Of a DNA stretch of 64,000 nt, positions 13,126 through 27,007 are shown piece after piece. This DNA is from the human T2T-CHM13v2.0 reference genome, Homo sapiens. Each line of letters opens with the position of its first letter. Position 1 is the first letter of the stretch. Where the stretch lies: NCBI RefSeq assembly GCF_009914755.1, contig NC_060937.1. One strand, written 5' to 3'. The notes below the pieces were generated by a model. The model did no database searches and was not told where the DNA came from. It saw only the letters and a list, made by a program, of their open reading frames with translations. Position numbers and translations under genes: made by a program.

Positions 13126-14377
13126 AGAGATCAATATGTATTAAAATAGCAGTGACACTTTTGAGAAGACCTAGTGGTTAACAGAATAATATCAATAATC
13201 ACCCAAAGAAAACTATTCCGAAATGTGTTGTGTTTCCCTGGTATAAATATAATTAGAGAATAAGCGGAATAGAAGAAAATTATCTTCACATCTATATATT
13301 TTACCTGTTTATGGATGCAATTTCCATAATATATACGCAGAATTTTTTCTAAACAGAAGCATGAAAATAAAAAAATATTTCAAAATAAAAGTGCTTCGGT
13401 GGAAGCATTAGATGGAGTATGATAGGAAATTTCATTTTCCCATTCTATTCAAACCAAATTGGGTAAAAGCCTGCTAGCTTTTCTTGAATGTTATCTCAAA
13501 AAAAGAAAAGATAAAAAAAGTTTGTGATAAAGTAACAGGCTACATAGGCCATCTTTGAACAACATATAAAGACTGTATATAAACACATACACAACAGATA
13601 TATATGATTTAGATTTTAGTGTCTTTTGACATTTTCTACAGACATTTCAAATATTATATATGTATACACAAATATTAATAAGGATACAGAAATCTAGGTG
13701 TGCCTGATTTTACATTTCTTTGGGCAGCATGGATTTGCTATGAAGCCATTTGTCTCTAAACTATCTTTCTGAAAAAATATGCACATGCAGACACAAACGT
13801 GTGTGTGGTAGTACACTGGTAAACTCTGTGCTTGCCAAATGTTCTTGTATGCTGTTAGCCAGTCAGAGCTTCATGACCAAATGAACATGCTCATCCATTG
13901 AGCAAGAACCCACCATGCTGCAAATTCTCACCTTCAGAGAGTGCTGTGCTGTGCTGTCCCGAGCTGAGTGTGCTCCTCAGTGTGTGTGGCTCACTGCACT
14001 GGGGCCTCTCTTTTTGCCATGTGTTTTGTGGTCTGGTCTACAATTTTGAAAGACTGTGGCTTCCAGAAGTGGTGTAAATAATCAACTTGCAATAAGACAC
14101 AGGTAGAGTATCATGGCTGATGGTAAAATGCATGTTTAATATTGACTTGAGGTATTTTCAGAGAAATGATCAAGTAGAATTGAACAAATGAGAGGCAATT
14201 AGAAGTGTTGTTGATCTTCAACACTGTGAAAGGCATCACTCATAATTGTAGCTGTAGGAGGTTGGATCAATATTTTGTGAATGATGGCTGGAAGAACCTG
14301 TAGCCTGAGACATTATAGCTTCATGAGATTTGAAGAAAGCACAAGAGCGATTGTAAATTTTAAATGCTAAGAAAGAA

Positions 14378-14710
14378 TAGCTGTCCCTCAGTATCTATGA
14401 GCAATTGGTTCAAGGACCTTCTCTGGATACCAAAATCTGAGGATGCTCAGGTCCCTGATATAAAATGGAGTGGTACTTGCATATAGTCTATGCCCATCCT
14501 GTTGTATACTTTAAATCATCTATAGATTACCTGTAATACCTAATGAAATGTAAATGCTATGTAAACAATATAACTGTTATGCTGTATTGTTTAGGGAGTA
14601 AGGACAAGAAAAAAAGACTGTACATGTCCACTACAAACACAATTTTTTTTGATCCACAGTTGGTTCAATCCCTGAATGTGGAACCCACAGATGTAGAGGA
14701 TCAACTGTAT
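14378..14710. mobile_element. MER2-like TcMar-Tigger DNA transposon
   Basis: termini tagctgtccctcagtatct...agatgtagaggatcaactgta form an imperfect TIR; internal ataccaaaatctgaggatgctcaggtccctgatataaaatgg. Confidence 0.85.
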
Positions 14711-15563
14711 TTCCAGAGAAGACTTGCATGATCCCGACTCAGTTAGGACCTCAGGAAGGCAATGTCTCAGAATAATAGTATATATATATATGTGTGCATA
14801 TATGTACGTATATATGTATGTACACACATATATATATGTATATATCTCACAGAGTCCCTAATGTTATTGACAAATATGCATTCGTAATTTTTTACCTGGT
14901 TCTTCGTCAGTGTGCTTAATTCTCAATATTTTTAAAAGGTTGAAAATACAGCTGAAAGTAAAATCAAATTCAGTAAAAATACCAAATGTCAGCCTCAGAG
15001 CTAAATACTGTCTAACAGCTCCAAGACATAAAAAGAAAGGAATATTCAAATTGATGAACATTATTAAAGACAAGGACATTTTCATTTATAAAAGAGAGAA
15101 AGTATTTAAAGTAAGTAAGTTCTTTATACTTCTAACTAAAATGCTTCTCATGTCTAACTCTTATAGCTAAGTAAAAAATAATGTAATGCTCCTTGTACAC
15201 ATCTTTTTACTTATAGTAGCCTTGAGAAAAATTACACATAGGTAGTTTAACTTGCTCAAACCCATCAGAAATTAAGGGAAATTGAAGAAAACATTATTAA
15301 GGATTTTATTCACATTTAAGTTGCTATTGTATGCAGCAAGAGATTAAAGGAACCATAAGATAAAGACTCTGACTCTATGAATATATGCCCCAGTAGAAGA
15401 GCATATAGAATTGGGTTTGAGATCATTGCTTTTTAAAGTATTTGTCAGCTCACGTTTGACACTCAACCTGTTACTCTCATCCAGTAATATGGTACTAATA
15501 TTTATCTGTTTATAGCCTCCTCCACACTTCTAGTGAGTTACTGAGTTTAATTTTCTCTTCTCA

Positions 15564-15740
<177 letters not shown>

Positions 15741-18700
15741 CTATCCCACCACCTCAGGTCTGGTCATATGACCCTATACTCAGCTAACATGATACTCCAT
15801 GGATTCTTGACCATTTAAAAATCTTGTCCTTCAGGGCTTTTACTGATTTTGGAGTATACAATAAATATCCTTCAATTATTTTGGGTGCTTTATAGCCAGG
15901 TTTGTTTTTTTTCTAGGCAGCCACAATCTTGACTAATATGAAAGTTGGTTCCAGGAGCAGATTATATACCAGATCTCAGGGAAAAGGAGGAAGTCTGGGA
16001 TTGTACCTGGCATAACTGGGGTTAAAAGCAGTGAAAATGCAGTTGTGTCAGTGATCGAAGGATGACAGACTGTGGTAAGCAATGACAAAACGGTTAACTT
16101 TCCATTACTTGGAATCCAGTGCAAATTGAAGATCAGGCTTTGGGTATCAATTTGCTGATGTTGAATAACAGCTGAAAAAAACTAACTGGGTGTGTGAGGG
16201 GCTGCTGTTAGACAAACTAAGTGGCTTGGATAAAAAAAGAATGACAAGCTCAAATATTAAATTCTTGGGTCACAAACTTAAGCTTAGGGAACTTTACCTG
16301 ATGATGCTAGCAGAATATTTGGACTCTTATAGCTGTAGAGATGAGGTATCCAAAAAATAAATAAAAAGGGTAGTCTTGAGTTGCCAAGTTAACACATTAC
16401 TTATCCCCTCTTCAGCTTCTTTGGTGAGAGTTAAAATATTAAATGGGACAGAGTGACATTCTGAATATTAAAATGGAGATATATGGGAGGATTTGAAGGA
16501 CTTGAAATAGCCACAGAATCCAAATTCTTTAAGCTTCCTTAGCCAGTTGGTGCATTCAAAATAGCTCAGGTAAAAACCCTTTTCTTTGTTGGAAGAGGCA
16601 GTCCTTCCCACTCTTAAGTCAGTTCTCTTCAGATCCTAACCCTCTTTCCCCCATTTTCATTTCAAACTGGTAACTGAATTTGGATTTCAGCATACTAATT
16701 TATGTTGTCAAACTTTGTGTAATAGTTTTATACAACAAAATAAATACACAAAATAAATATACTTAACAATTTGTATAATAAAATACCTAGGGGAGAATAT
16801 GTCTTATTAAATTCCAAACATGCTCAACCAAAAAGTGAATAAATGTAGTCTTAGGTTAGTCTATTTTTTTTTCATATAGTGCAATTATCTGAATTCATAG
16901 AGAGGGCAAGCTACTTTTAATACAGGAAGCTGTATAGATTATTGATCATGCTAAAGAAAATTAAGATGCCATAAATTATTTACAATAGTACCTAGAAAGA
17001 AATAAAATGACCGAATTTATAACATGAATCTCATCTACTTCCTAACTATGTTGCCTAAGTAGACATAGATGACCATTTTTACTAAGGCCTTGAGAAATAC
17101 TTATGAGGGAACTACTAGTATCTACAAAAATGTGATTGTGGCTTCTCTTGTCAGTTGGGGATATTGATGGGAGGGACTAATATTGAAATAGTCTGCCTGA
17201 TTACAGTGGAGATTGGAAAGATCCTATGATTGAGAAGGGCAGGTGCAGAAGTCAGGCACTTAACCTCCAGAGGCCATTTATTCGTGCTTTCCCTAATAGA
17301 GACACATAGATATTTAACACTGATTTATTGATCATTGAGTCTATAGATCTGAGATATATGGGCAATCACAAAGTTCCTAATAAATTTGCATAAAATCCCC
17401 ATGTCTCAGGATGAAGCTCACCAAAGGAAAAACAGAGTCATTACTCTATTTCTAGACCTGTGGTCGTTTTCTGGTGTAAATATATTCTGAAGAAAAGAAT
17501 ATAAGTAGACCTTTCAGTTGTTTTAAGATAATGGCTCCCAAATTACACATGTCTGTTATAGAAGAATGGCACTGTGGTTCAATGGTCAGAGTAGAAATGT
17601 ATGATGTTCAGGTGATAGAGTCTTGACCCAAGCCCATCTCACTGTAGGCATAGTGGGACCTACAGACACATCCTCTTCTTTTTCCCTTCATTTCCTGTGT
17701 GTTCTTGGAAAAGATACTCTAGACAACTGGCTAAATACTCACATTTACTTCTTAACTCAGGAATAAGAGTTATTATGAAAGGAAAGAACAAGGATGGAAG
17801 TCCTGGATCTCACCTTCCTTACTAAAAGAAAAACCAAGAGCAGTAGGATATTCCCATAGAATCTGAGAGATTAGTGCTACCATCAATGACTGAAATGGTA
17901 GGTTGTGGTCATTTCTATCGCAGCTCCATTCAACTCTCCAATTAGTTTGATGGGGAAGACAGATGGGTCTTGGAGAATGAGTGTGGATTATCGTAAGCTT
18001 AATTAGGCGGTGCCTCCAAGTGCAGCTGCTGTTCCAGATGTTGTCTCCTCACTAACTCATATCAACAGAGCTCCTGGCAATCAGTCCAGGCTGCAGTGCA
18101 ATCAACTCTACCTGGCAGCCCATTTGATCCAGCGGATCCAATGAAGCTTGAAGAGTTTGTAGCAGATTGGGATGCTTTATGGAGCTCCAGTAGTAAATTC
18201 TCAGTCAAGACCTCTAATATCATTTAAAAAATCAAAGTTATGACCTCTCCAGTAAGTAACTAGTCCTATTTTGAGAAACAACTCTTGAAATGCTACTGGA
18301 CCTTGGTAGGACTAAATACCTGGCATTATGATCTGAATTTCCCATTATGAATGAGTCACAAGCTTATTCACCAAAAAATAAAGTGAGGAATCCACAGCAG
18401 TACTCCCTCAAGTGAAATGCACACATACCCATGCATCCACGTGCACATATACACACACACATATGCACAGGAATGGTTCCAAGCCAATCTTAAATGCACA
18501 TGTTAAATTGCACAAGGAGGATTCTCATCTTCCTGGTATCATCCTGCTACGCTGCTGTTCTCTCTCAACCCCAGTGGCCTCATGGAAGGATTCCTGTGAC
18601 TAATTAGTAGCCTGAGATGCCAAATAAATCAATAAATGGATAGATACGTAGATAGATAGATAGCTCTTGGTTTACAGATGCTTCTTCCTGATTTCCTGGG

Positions 18701-19107
18701 GCCAGCACTGGTGGACTTATGGTAAATGATTGTACTTCTTAATTCAATGCTGGTCCTAAAGAGAAGTAATCCTGTTGTCTAATTTGCCTGGAAGAAGTCA
18801 TAGATTGAGTTAAGTAATAACAAAAACCAGTGGACCAGTGGGTAATGATTAATAATTTGAGCAGGTAGTCAGAAGCTTAGAAGTAACAAGAATATTTTGG
18901 TAGAGGGTAGTGGATATCTTTTTCCATCTGAATGCTCTCAGAGTGGAAAAATATTAGTGTACCATTTGAATGCTTATCAAGAGTCTCTTAAGGTTCAGGA
19001 TAGATGATAACTCACTCTCTAGATGTCAGTCAGCCTCCCCGCCCATTCTCCTCATACTTGCATAATGATCTCATGAATTATGTAGCAATGGTGATAGTGA
19101 AAACTAC

Positions 19108-20130
19108 TGTGTTGGATTGAATGATGGTCCCCAAAAGATATGCCCACATCCTAATCCCCAGAATCTGTGAATATGACCTTATTTGAGAAAGAGTCTTTAC
19201 AGGTCTAATAAAGTTAAGGAATTTGAGACAAGATCACCTGGATTTCCTGAGTAGCTTCTAAATCCATCAAAATGTATCCTTATAAGAGACAGAACAATAG
19301 CCAAGATGTGGAAGCAAACTAAGTGTCCATCAACTGATGAATAGTGGTATATATACAGGATGGAATATTATTCAGCCACAAAAAAGAAAACCCTGTCGTT
19401 CATGGCAACATGGATGAGCCTGGAGCTCATTATGTGAAGTGCAAAAAGCTAGGTACAGAAAGACAAATATTGCATGTTCTCACTCATACGTGGGAGCTTT
19501 AAAAGTTGATCTCATGGAGGTAGAGAGTAGAATGATGGCTACCACAGGCTGGAAAGTGTAGGGGGAAGGAGGGATGAAGAGAGGTTGGTTAATGGGTACA
19601 AAATTATGGTTATAGAGAAGAAATAGGCTCTAGTGTTAGCACAGTCAGGTGACTATGGTTAGCAATAATTTATTGTATAGTTAAAAATATCTAGAAGAGA
19701 AGATTTGGGATGTGCTCAATATGAAGAAATGATAAATGTTTTAGGTGATGGATACCCCAATTGCCCTGATTTGATTGCTACATAGTATATGCATGTATCA
19801 AAATATCACATGTACGTCCAAATGTGTACAATTATTATGATTAATTTTTTAAAAAAGAGGCAGTGGAGGAGAAGAGAGACACAGAGAAGGCCATGTGAAG
19901 ATGGAGGCAGAGATTGGAGTTACGTAGTCAAAAGCCAAAGGATACCTGGGGTCACTAGAAGCTGAAAGAAGCAAGGAAGGAGATTCTCCTAGAGTCTTCA
20001 GGAGGAACAAGGTCCTACTGATGTCTTGATTCTGACTTCTGGACCCCGGAACTGTGAGAGAATGAATTTTTGTTGTTTTAAGCTACTGAGTTTGTGACAA
20101 TTTGTTACAACAGCCAAAGGGACAAATATA
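19108..20130 (+). mobile_element. MLT1C-like MaLR LTR, split by an L1 insertion
   Basis: tgtgttggattgaatgatggtccccaaaagatatgcccacatcctaatccccagaatctgtgaatatgacc (19108-19293); resumes ~19857 with ccatgtgaagatggaggcagagattggag...tttgttacaacagcc. Confidence 0.88.
19294..19856 (+). mobile_element. L1MA-type 3' end
   Basis: acaatagccaagatgtggaagcaaactaagtgtccatcaactgatgaa...gcaacatggatgagcctggag...gtatcaaaatatcacatgtac + A tail; degenerate TSD aagagacag/aagaggcag. Confidence 0.92.
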
Positions 20131-22033
20131 CTAAGGAGAGACTTCTCTATATTATTTTGCTATCACTGTTGCTGAGGGCTCAATTTTTCCAGTAGAATTA
20201 TTAGTCCATTTTTAGCTGAGGAGCTAGAACCTGGGTGGGACTTTTGGCAGGGTGATTACTTTTTTTAGTGGGACATCAAGTATTTGTGCCAACTGAAAAA
20301 CACCTTAAGGATATGGACTGGATTTGTTTTTTCTGCCTATTATATTTCTAGAAGCACCGTTAATTATGGACTTAACAGTTGCCTTTTAGCTCATCGGAAT
20401 ATGTCGTCCAACATTTCTCTGGCCATGAAATTGTTATTTTGTGAGTGAAATCAGGTAATATGCTGCTGGTCATGGGATAAGTGGTTTTATCATGTACCCT
20501 ATCATCCCAAAGCAGCTCACTTACAGTATAATTCAGAGGCTCATTGGAGGATCTCTTACAGTTTCATTTAGGAGTTCTCCTTATGAGATTGGAACGCCTG
20601 TTCAGGAGAGCAGTATATGGAATGATTTCTCTCAGAGATAGATAATATGCGAGTCTGGAGAAGAAGGGTGATAGAAAATTTTATGCTTTTCAGGTTACAG
20701 CTCATAATGTGCCCTAGAAATTGTGCTAACTCCAAACACTTCTGGCTTAGAGGATTTAGTAAGCAAGAGATGAATGCATCCACCAGGCATTGTAACAAGT
20801 GTTCTTTTGAGTTGGAAGCTGAGACAGCTATTTGGTCTTTTTAGGTTCTTCACCATGAGTTGAGTATACTAAAAAGAGGGATTATAGTGCTGTCTGGGGT
20901 GATTAATCCTGACACTGAAGAAAAATAGAGTTGCTAGTTCACAGTGGAGGCAGAAAGGAGAATGGACAGAATCAACTGAGACAAAAGTGGGGCTGGGGAA
21001 GACCTTTGCATTGCCAAGTATAGCAATAAATTAAAAATGGCTTAAAGGTGACTTTAGTCATATACAGCAGGATCATCTAAGACTTAGAATTCTCAGGAAT
21101 AAAGGTTTGGATTACCCCAGAGATAATGTTATTCAACCAGCTTTTGTGCCGGCTGATGGCAAAGGGGACATGAAATGAAGGAGTGGGGAAGGCATATTCG
21201 TCTTCATGATTTTCCATAAACAAGAAGTGTAGTCACTTCTGTATTATTTTACTTGCTCTGTCTCTCTCTCTCTTTGTATATAGTTACATATTTAACTAAT
21301 CTACCTTTTATTTCCTGCTCATTTCATATAGAGCATACTGAGTTCACAGTATGCTCATATAGAGCACACCACTATTTCATATAGAGCATACTGAGTTCAC
21401 AGGCTGAACAATATTTATGTGTGATGGAGGCAAAATTAGAGAAGAATAGATTGTGACTAAAGAGCCAAGACATGTATTTAGATTTGTATATAATGGGACT
21501 CTGGATGGTCTCCTTGTTGCAAGAGTAAAAAAAATGTGTTTTAATTATACACGATGATATCATTATATTTGGCAGAAACATATTTTTGAGAGAAGGATAT
21601 ATACAGATTTTAATTAGTGAAGGAGTTATAGTTTAGGGGTATTTGTTATATTTTTGCTGCCCAGGAGCTCAAGTTCCTATGTGATAGGAATTCTATTATT
21701 TCAAGCAAGATCCTTACTTTCACCTTAGAAGTCCACGTGGTATAAATTTTCGTCTTTCTCATGAGCTAGTGTGTGTGCGTGATCTAAATTTGGATAATGA
21801 GCCGCTCATGCCAGGGATTTTGAATATGGGAGAAGGGACACAAAGAATCTAGACAATATCCAGTCATTTTGAGGTGACATTAGTGTTGTTGGTATTCAGT
21901 GTACACAGTGCTATCTGCTGTTTGTGGTAATCTCAGTGGAGAGTTTCAGGGAAGTCTATGGAGGTGGCAGTTATGTCCTGAGACAACCATTCCAGTGGAG
22001 AGGTCTTAACTGTAATCCTGGTTCCTACTAATT

Positions 22034-22838
22034 TCCTGAGCCTGGTTCTTCAGTGTTGTATAACATAAAACTTGGTTGGCCTTTGTCCTGCTTACTAGGG
22101 GGAGCCTCTAAACCCTTGAAATTCTCTGAGTAATAGGAGTGTCTTTTTTTTCATGATGAGCCATTCAGATCACACCTGATAGTGTATGCTAACAAGGTGA
22201 TTCATGGCAGACTCCTAGGTAATTTATATTAATGAGATGACTCAGGATTGGGCTGGCCATGTCAAAAAGACCAGTCAGATGAATAGAGGGTTAGGGTTTT
22301 GCAGGATATGGTATCAGGCCAACCTCCTAACCTCCAGTGAGGTAAAAGGAGCTGGAGATTTAGTTCTGTCATATGGCTGATGATTTAACCAATGATGCTA
22401 CATAGAGAAACCTCAATAAAAGTTGTGGACATTGAAAGCCTGAGTGAACTTCCCTGATTGGTAATCACACATCAGTGTGCTACAGGCATGAAGCATACTG
22501 AGGACACGGAAGCTTTGTGTTTGGAAAACTTTGTGTTGGGACCTCGCAAACCTTGCCCATCAATATACATCTCTTCATTTAGCTGTATGGCTTTGTAACC
22601 TTTATAATAAAAAATTGATCATAACACTTTGCTGAGTTCTGTGAGTTGTTCTGTAAGCAAATTATTGAGTGTGTAGTTGGAATCTCCAAAATTGTAGCTG
22701 GTTGGGTAGATGTGCGGGTAGCCTGCGAACCCTGGAGCTTGGGGCTGGTATCTGAAGTCAGGGGAGTGTCATGGACTATGCACTTAATCTGTGAGATTTG
22801 ACCTCACTCTGGGTAGTTAGGGTTAGACTTGCATTGGG
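22034..22838 (+). mobile_element. MER21-family LTR inserted in the 3' LTR
   Basis: aaaacttggttggcctttgtcctg...ggagcctctaaacccttgaaattctctgagtaataggagtgtcttt...tgagttctgtgagttgttct...tggtatctgaagt matches the recalled MER21B/C consensus. Confidence 0.8.
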
Positions 22839-22911
22839 TCTGGCTTTCCCATCAATTCTGTGAGCCACTTGATATTCCAGTAAATTCTCTTTTTGCTTAG
22901 GTTAGTTAGAA

Positions 22912-23245
22912 CAGCAGTCCTCAACCCCCAGGCTGGTACCGGTTCATGGCCTGTTAGGAACTGGGCCGCACAGAAGGAGGTGAGCGGTGGGTGAGTGTGC
23001 ATTACTGCCTGAGCTCCACCTCCTGTCAGATCAGCAGTGGCATTAGATTCTCATAAGAGCACAAACCCTATTGTGAGCTGCACATGTGAAAAATCTAGGT
23101 TGAGCATTCCTTATGAGAATCTAACTAATGCCTGATGGTCTGAGGTGGAACAGTTTCATCCCGAAACCATCCCTCCCACCCCATCTGTGGAAAAATTGTC
23201 TTCCACAAAACCAGTCCCTGATGCCAAAAAGGTTTGGGACTGCTA
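22912..23245 (+). mobile_element. MER1B hAT-Charlie MITE
   Basis: cagcagtcctcaaccccc...ctgttaggaactgggccgcacag...ccagtccctgatgccaaaaaggtttgggactgct; 8-bp TSD AGTTAGAA (22904-22911) / AATTAGAA (23246-23253). Confidence 0.92.
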
Positions 23246-23625
23246 AATTAGAATAACTTTCTGTTGTCTGCAATCAACATAAAGCTTAAGGAGAAAAAGG
23301 GCAACTATGCTTAAGCATTAGTAGAAACTAAGAATAAGCCTTGGACATTAATATGAGGTCTCTAATCTCTTAATTTTCTCTCCTTCCTTAAGAAAACTTA
23401 TGACCAATAGACAGTAAAAAAGTGAAAAATGGTAGGACCATTTTTATATCATAGCAGAAGACATTTGTAAGGCAGAAGAGCCTCTTAAAAAATGAATGAC
23501 TGTGTTGCATTTATAATACCTTAGTTTCTACTCCAAAGGAAAGTCACTTTCTCAATGATAAACACATCTTCCTAAAATATATTTGTTTATTAAACATTTC
23601 ATATCCAGCTTTTTGCCAACTATAT

Positions 23626-24090
23626 CTATCAGCTAAAGATATATTGAACTACTAGCCACAGGAAACACTAAATACAGTGGCATAAAAAGGGATCAATTTT
23701 TCTCTCACATGACAAAAGTGTGAAGGTAGGCAAGTCAGGTATGGTATACACAATGTCATCAGAGATCCAGGCTTCTCTTTCCCTTCAAATGTTTGTCGTC
23801 TTCCTCATGATTTCAAGATGGCTCTTTGCCCCATGGGTATGGTGACCAGACTCTAGCTAGGAAGAAGGGTGAAGGGCAAGGGGCAAAGAACTCATGCCAG
23901 TGGAGTCAGCTTTTTATAAAAAACTTTCTGAAAACTCCTTCAGTGACTTGTATTTGCAATCTTATTGGCAAGAATTGCATTTCTTGACCAGCCCTAGCTG
24001 CAAGGGAGTCTGATAACATAGTTTATTATTTATTTATTTATTTTTTGCTGTACATATTGCCATCATAAATAAAAATCAGGGTTGTAAAGA
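23626..24090 (-). mobile_element. old MaLR LTR (MLT1J-like)
   Basis: acagtggcataaaaagg...ttctctcacatgacaaaagt...cttattggcaagaattg...ccctagctgcaagggagtctg; subfamily uncertain. Confidence 0.65.
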
Positions 24091-26339
24091 AAACTGGCAC
24101 ATTGTTTTCTTTAACTTCTAAAGTGCTACTTATAATTACTCTTGTCAAATAAATTGCTCTCTAGTCTTGGACTTATACTTCTACCAATTTAACAGCTGAT
24201 TTCAAGATTAATAGTCAATTTAGTAAGTATTTATATGTATAAAGGCTAAACATACATGTGGAATAAAGTTAAGACTCCCCTGATGTTCCTTTCTTGGAAA
24301 TTCCTGTGATAGTCACTTTCTTGGACTGTCATTGAAGATCAAAGTTAAAATATCTGAGAGGATGGTATAGCAAAACTTAAAAATAATTGTATAGATTGAG
24401 AACCCGCAGTGCTACTGAGTCAAACTTAAATGTTACAAGTTGTATGATAGTTGTCATATTAAAGTCTTTGAGAAGAGAATATGGCTACACAAGAGGGCCT
24501 GAGATAAGACTTCAGACATTAGGTTTGAAGTTATGGAAAGGAGGATCAGTGTCAGGTGGTAACCCTTACCTAGGAGGGGACTAGGCCGAATGCTATGGAA
24601 CATTAATAGAATATGATAACAAAGAGCTGAAAGAAACAAGAATAAACTCTTCATCCACTAGGGAGGCAGGATAAAGGAAATTTTGAAAAGTAAAATCTTA
24701 AATACTTAGAAGAAGGCTATGTGTCTAGAAGGGAAAGTGAGTGATCTAAAGAATATTTTCAGGTTGGAGTTTAGGAAACTCAAGAAGTATCATTTTCCTG
24801 AAGCCAAGGAGGGGTCTGATTTGTAGACAGGAAAGACCTTGGTATGCTAGGTACCTGGTATTCTGAGTGAGATAAACCAGGTTGTGTCCAAGGAATAAAA
24901 GTAAAAGCTTAAAAAGAATAGACCAGCTGTAAGGCAAGGACTTAAGGAGAAACTACATTGCTTTAAAATAAATTAAGCAAACTGGGTCAAATGGGCTGTG
25001 GAAACCACAAATGCCATCTTCTTTTCCTTTTGGTAGGGGTGTGCTCTACTAGTATCCTTTCAAATAGTGCTTATTTTAGTTTTTCCTTTCCTGCTCAGAA
25101 AAATCTAAACATAGAAATAATCGTGAAGAAGTCATTACAGAATTCCTTATTTTGTGGCATATAGTTATGATGCAACTACAGAAACAATGCCAGATTTTGT
25201 TTGTTTGAAATATGAGGATATTTGAAGTTTATTGAATATGAAAATGTGATTCTTTAAGCTGTAAATAATAGAGTAATATCCCTTCTAATTTCCATATAAG
25301 CAATTTATATTCTTTTCTCCTTGGGCTCATTTTTTTCCTTTGGTAAGTGTATCTGTGCTGCCTTGAAAAATGATTAGAATTGACTTAATGTTAATCTATT
25401 CCTGTAATAGTTTTTATATCCAGCTTTTTTTTTTTCTGGAGCATGTACAAATCTTTTTTCCATATTTGTGAAGTTTTCCCTTTATATTAGAATTTTGCAA
25501 TGGTTGTGTGCAATTCTGTTATACTCTAATAGAATTGTGCTTAATATTTGCTGTAATCTTAGTCTGCAATACTCAGTAAAAATACCATAATAAAATTAAT
25601 AATCATAATAAACCTGAATGAGTTATGCAAAGTAGAAAGCTTGTTTCTACTGTAACTGAGAAGTGGACTTGGAATATTTTTGGCTTTTTAGAGAGTTGAT
25701 AAATTGGTTTCAGACTCACAGCTTTCTGGGAAAAGCCAAGATCACCCAAAGGAGTTCAAATAGTACAAGGATTACATAATGCATGGCAGCTGGTGGGTTG
25801 AAGACAGTCTTCCACCCTAATTCTTACTGAGAAACCTATTTCATTTGGGTAATAAAGAATAATACGAAGTATTATTTTAATGAGATGAAGTGACAGTTAC
25901 TCTACTATGAACCCATGCCACACAGTGCACAAATGCAGTGATCAAACATCATAGTGTAATTAAAAATAGAAGACTGGCACATGAACTTAAGACACCAAAC
26001 TCTGCCTCTTGAGGCATGCACCGAAAATCATCTTAATTTGATAAAAATCTATTCTGCAGGAAAATCTTCCAGGGAATGTGATTATACCACCTCCCTCTTC
26101 ACTCAATACCAATGTTTACAAATCTTCTGGTAAGGAAATACTTTTCTTATATTTAACCTAAATCCCTATGTTGAAGCTTAAGCCCACTACTTCCTCTCCT
26201 AGCCTTAGTGAAGATGCAATACAACTGCCACTTCCAGATGGCACTTAAAAAAAAGACCTAAGGCTTATTTACATATAATCAGCTCATACGTCTTCTTTCT
26301 CTGTCCTCATCAACAAGAGAAAAATATTGCAGTGCTTCT

Positions 26340-27000
26340 TCTTACATTACTTATTACCTCTAAGATCGCACATTACCATTTTATTATATTTTGTAGTTAA
26401 ATCTTTCCACCTGTTCCTAATTATTTCCTTATGACCAATTTTCAGAAGTGAAATTCCTGGGTCAAAAGGTAAGCATATTTTAAATATTTTTATTCATATT
26501 GCCAACTTACTCTTGAGTAATAAGATTTTACTTATTTATGTATCTGGTGGCTGTGTGGGGAAAAAGAAAGAAGTCTCTTTCTTCTCACTCATGCCAATGT
26601 TGTATATTACCATTCTTTTTTCTTTGCTAGTTTGGCGGCTCATTCCTTTATTTTTCACTTCTTTTTTTTTTTATAATTGAAGTTGAATATTTTTCATGCA
26701 TGTTGGTGATCTGTCTTTATGTATGTGTAAGCATTTTCTTTTCCATTCCTTTACCCATTGTTACATTGTTATTCCTCTTACATGTCATAGTTTTTCATAG
26801 GAAATAAATTATACTTTGGCACATGTTACAAATATATTTCTCCCACTTCATCAATTTTTTAAATTCCATTTGTCATATTTGGATGTTTTAAATTTTTGTG
26901 TGGTAAAATTTATTAATCAGCAATCTGTGAGTCTTGGTTAAGGAGCCTGTTTACACCCCAAGATTACAGACTCACTTATATTTTCTTTCTTAGTACTTTC
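26340..27000 (-). mobile_element. old L1M relic
   Basis: ttcagaagtgaaattcctgggtcaaaaggtaagcatatttta...gttgaatatttttcatgcatgttgg...ttatattttctttctagtacttt are typical antisense L1M motifs. Confidence 0.65.
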
Positions 27001-27007
27001 ATACTTT

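Noticed and set aside
26231-26244. CTCF-like CTTCCAGATGGCAC, also ~3950 and ~10953
   Set aside because: Mismatches in the core; cannot be supported without PWM scoring or ChIP.
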